A stretch of DNA of 62,840 nucleotides, counting the filler, from Vannella sp. (lineage: Eukaryota), in the NCBI GenBank assembly GCA_023345925.1. It is 5 parts of 5 records of this genome, joined end to end, with 100 filler letters (N's around TTAATTAATTAA, not from the genome) between each part and the next. Parts side by side here need not be neighbours in the genome. Positions count along the whole stretch, not along the records: positions 54,777 to 62,840 come from JAJQQN010001253.1; 4 more parts are not named here. One strand, given 5' to 3'. The notes beneath the pieces are model-generated. The model ran no database searches. It saw only the letters and a program-made list of their open reading frames with translations, and was not told where the DNA came from. Each line of letters opens with the position of its first letter. The stretch's first letter is position 1. Below, piece after piece: positions 59,043 through 62,840 of this stretch. A program made the position numbers and the translations under genes.

Positions 59043-61140
59043 ATGCCAGGAGGGGACGAGACCTTCTGTCCGAAGCAGCCCAAACAGCGGCGGCAAAAGA
59101 GGATCGTGGATGATCCATCGGAGAGCACGTCGTCTGCTCGTGAAGGAAAGGCGCCGCCATCGGGTGTATTTGGTCTCCGGAACACGCTCTTATCTGTGTA
59201 CAAGGGTCCTGGCGATCCCACTTTGGAGGAGTTTGAAAGAGGTCTTCCCTTTCAGTACCAGACTAGCAAGGAGAGCGAGTTCTGGCAGCTTATGGGAGCT
59301 CCTGTGTCCCGTGCGGAAGAAGTGTTCGGGGAACAGCTCCCAGAACTGATTGCCCTCTTCCCTTGCGAACACAACACAAGTCAACACATAACAGAGATCC
59401 TCCTTTGGGTTTTCCAGCGCGCCACAGAGGGCAGCACCAAGCAAGACGATATGGCCAACTTTCCTGCTTTCCTCGTCTACGGCAAAGGCATCTTCTCCCC
59501 TTCACAGATGGGGGACGTGTCTATACTTGTTGGCAAGAGGCTCAACTACCTGGCGCAGCCTAAACCCAAGACAGTGGCCACCCCCGATCGCTCTCCTCGA
59601 AAGAAGCCGAAGCGGGGCAGCAGCTTGAAGAACTTCTTCAAGATAGATCCAGATGGAGTCTCTCGTGTTCCTATCGACTTCTCTGCTCTTAACCTGGCTC
59701 CAGACCGACTTGGTCCTCAACGTTCTGCCTCTGACTTGAACGTAGAGGTCGTTCCTGCGTTCCTGGAGCAGATCAAGCGTGAAGATAACAAAAGTACGCT
59801 ACGAAGAACCCCCTCACGGTCCAGCGCCTTGGCGCCAGAAGAAGTTCTGCAACCTCTCTTCGATGATCAAACAGCAGTCACAGGCGAGTGGGCTCTGGTC
59901 GATCCAGCAGAGCCTCAACGTTCTCTCACTCTCTTGAACCGTCTCTGGGACTTCAAGTACGAGAGCGGCGGGTTCCCAGCGGGCGAACTTGCGAACACGG
60001 TCAGCATCGACCACTATTGGCACGACGAGCCCATCTACGAGAACAACTTCAATGGGAAGGTGAGAGTGAACCAGTTGCCGCTATCCTGAGCTCACCCTAT
60101 GGTGCCCAGGTCCTCTTCAACTACATTTCTAGCGATCCTTCGGACGTGGTGATCGTTTCCATCGCTTGCGCGAACGAGAAGTCATCCAAAATGGTGATTG
60201 TCATCACCTACAAGCAGTCCTTGCAGCTACGATCGCTCGCCGAGTGCAAGTTTAAAGATATTCTGAAAGCAGTGAACGTCATCCTCGAGCCCAAGATTCC
60301 TCACAACTTTGTGCGCTGCAAGGACCCTGCCTTGGACACTCACTTGCTCAAGTTTGAGAATGGTAATCGGGTTCGGAACTACAAGTTTGGCATTCTCCAC
60401 TGCAAGGAAGGTCAGACGAATGAGAATGACATGTTTTCCAATAGTAAGCTTTGGGGACTTGGATGTTGCTGATGCTGACAATATGGGACGTAGATGATGG
60501 CTCAGAAGATTATGGCAAGTTCTTGGACTGGATTGGCAACAGGATCCCGCTGAAGGGGTGGAAAAAGTTCCGTGGCGGGTTGGATGTTAATGAGAATACC
60601 ACCGGGAAGGAGTCTATCTTCACTATCCATGCTGGATTTGAGATCATGTTCCACGTGGCAACCTTACTGCCATTCTATCCCGCGGATAAGCAACAATTGG
60701 AACGCAAACGACATTTGGGGAATGATGTGGTCGTGATTATCTACAAGGAGGGCGACCAGAAGTTTGATCCTTCTTGCATTCACTCTGAATTTAATCACGT
60801 CTTTATTGTCATCCAGCGCGTCCCTTCGTCTCAGGAGATTAATGGGCAACCAACATACCGAATGGAGCTGGGACACAAAGGTGATATCCCCTCTCCTCCT
60901 CTTCCTCTCCTCCCCGAAGCCAACCTTTTCAATCTTGACGAGACCTTCAGGCGCAATCTCCTCACTAAGAGTATGCTTGCCCCCAATCTCTATTTTCCAC
61001 TCTCTTCTAACACTTGCATTTGATTAGTGGTCAATGGAGAGCGAATGGCGATGCGTTCGAAGCAATTCTCACTCAAACTGCGAAGAACTCGCCAATATCT
61101 CCTCAAAAACATTCACGAGACTTTTGTAGTAACAAAGTAA
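59043..61140 (+). CDS. Rap/Ran-GAP domain protein
   Basis: YKFGILH...QTNENDMFSN, FRGGLDV, EIMFHVATLLP, QQLERKRHLGNDVV, NGER; three introns. Confidence 0.93.
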
Positions 61141-61427
61141 CATGAGTCCCCCTCCAAGGCACTGTACGATATCCAGCGACTGCCTTCGATTGAGCTGCGA
61201 TAAACACGAGAAAACCGTGAATGATGACGTGTTTGAATTGAACTAATCGACGGTGAGGAAAGCAGAAGGAGAAGATAGAAAGACACATCTACAAGGAAGG
61301 GGCGTTTATCGAGACCTTCGAATAGAAGGGAGCCGAACGAAACAACCCACCTTTTTCATTCTAATAACTCATAAGAAGGTGGGACAACTGCCAAATGAAG
61401 TTTTCAATCGATTGGGCTTCAGAGAAG

Positions 61428-62840
61428 TCACATCTCCGAGATGACCTTTTGAAAATACCGTGCAACTCGACTCTTTTGCTTTTTCAGGCGAACCTCTTCC
61501 AGATCAGCTTGGGCTTGAGGTTGAGGCTCCATTTGAGACTCCACTATTTGAGAGGAAGACACACTCGACACATTCACAGTTGCGCCAAAAGAAGGATCAA
61601 AGCTGGGAATGAATTCGAGAAACAGGCGGCGCTGTCGGATCGTTGCAGTAAAGTATTCTTTCCAAAAATGCAATAACGAGGGTCTGGCGCCAAAGACCAC
61701 AAAGACCACAATCGGGAGACCGAGAACGATGATTCGGATGAACATCAAAAGGGTGAAAGAAACACCAGGAGGATGAACATAACAATGGGAAGGGTTTTTG
61801 CTTGTTGTGAGACAGTCAATAAACTGTAAGAATAGCTCATTAGCCTGCTTATCGTCGCCCAGATTTTCCAAAACAAATTTGACCGTATAGAAAGCAATGA
61901 AAATGGCGGTGTAGATCCAAAGAATGATCAATCTAGATTGCTTGATAAGCAAAACTCGCCATCTTGTTCCACTTCGTTGCCTTAACTAGAACTTTTGTGA
62001 GTAGTCAGATGGAATAGGTGAATATGGGTTACCATTAGCATTCTGATGATGATTAAGAAGATCAATAGTGCTACAAAGAGAGCGATGGCGGCCATCACTC
62101 CAAACAACATCACATAATTGAATATCTTGTTCGCTGTCGGTTGGCATCTGACCGCTTCTTCGTCAAACCAACACAATAGAAGAAGAAAGATTGAATATCT
62201 TACGTTGGAAACCCTGCGAATCCCTGGAAATAGTCCAAAGAGAAGCCTATGATGATGACAAGAGCGCTCCAAGTGAAGTGAGCGATGAAAAAGTACAAGA
62301 AAATGATCTTCTGAGAGATGCGGAAGAGGTACAGGCGAGCACACAAGTGAATGTGGAAGGCTGCATACCAAATGATGTAACTAAAGAGGAAATAAGTGAA
62401 CATCAGGCCTATTCTTCACTTAGTTTTCCCGTCTCATCCGTTGATTGACCAGGAAACGCACCGCTTATCACACAAGCTGTGTTCTTTCGAGTGGCTTCCT
62501 CGGTTGGGGAGTTGCAAAGGACCTCGCGTGGACCCAAGAAGAGAGGGAAGAACATGGCGACACAGAACAGGCCCAGGCAAAGGTGCATCATGAACACTGT
62601 GAAACTGATTCCTCTCCTCATCACAGGACGGAAGAGAGCAGTTAAGCAGTAGAAGTAGCACAGCAGGAAGCCCAAACAGGAGAGGACGCCATCAACGACC
62701 CGAAAGGAGATCAACTCGCCTTCCGAGAAGACCTCAGTCAAGCACTTAATCCTGCAGAGCTCCAGATCACTATCCCATACGAATCGATCAAGACAGCTGC
62801 CATCCGCATTGAGAGGAAGACCAACCCCTGACATCAGCCC
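61428..62840 (-). CDS. Frizzled/smoothened-like 7TM receptor; 5' end truncated
   Basis: Cys linker (CLDRF...CRIKC), TM1 G.LLC...TAL, C.ISG, QSRLIIL, Cys-containing ECL3, VFVVFG...FW. Confidence 0.75.

Noticed and set aside
1..62840. Non-standard genetic code or selenocysteine readthrough
   Set aside because: In-frame stops fall inside GT-AG introns, and TAA, TAG and TGA all end genes at the expected positions.

Overview
This window is eukaryotic nuclear DNA, not prokaryotic. It is five unrelated contigs (1-8487, 8588-31167, 31268-46961, 47062-54676, 54777-62840) joined by artificial 100-bp N44-TTAATTAATTAA-N44 linkers. The genome is extremely gene-dense, with short (mostly about 40-60 nt) GT-AG introns and the standard genetic code. 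The gene set (CYFIP/PIR121, RasGEF, RGS, DH-PH-RhoGAP, RapGAP, calcineurin A, frizzled/smoothened-like GPCR) suggests an amoebozoan-like protist; this is an inference. About 33 protein genes and one tRNA-Leu(AAG) are recognisable. The main unexplained features are: (1) a ~55-bp dyad-containing element present on four different contigs, in non-coding DNA and twice at contig ends; (2) an intronless MGTRG-type ORF bracketed by (CCCTAAA)n telomere-like tracts, one of which supplies its stop codon; (3) a CYFIP with a tail of seven FPPPP and two LPPPP EVH1-type ligands; (4) head-to-tail genes separated by only 5-68 nt; (5) two genes with apparent 1-nt frame breaks; (6) unusual domain fusions. All calls come from reading motifs by eye; no searches were run, and some start codons and exon boundaries are approximate.
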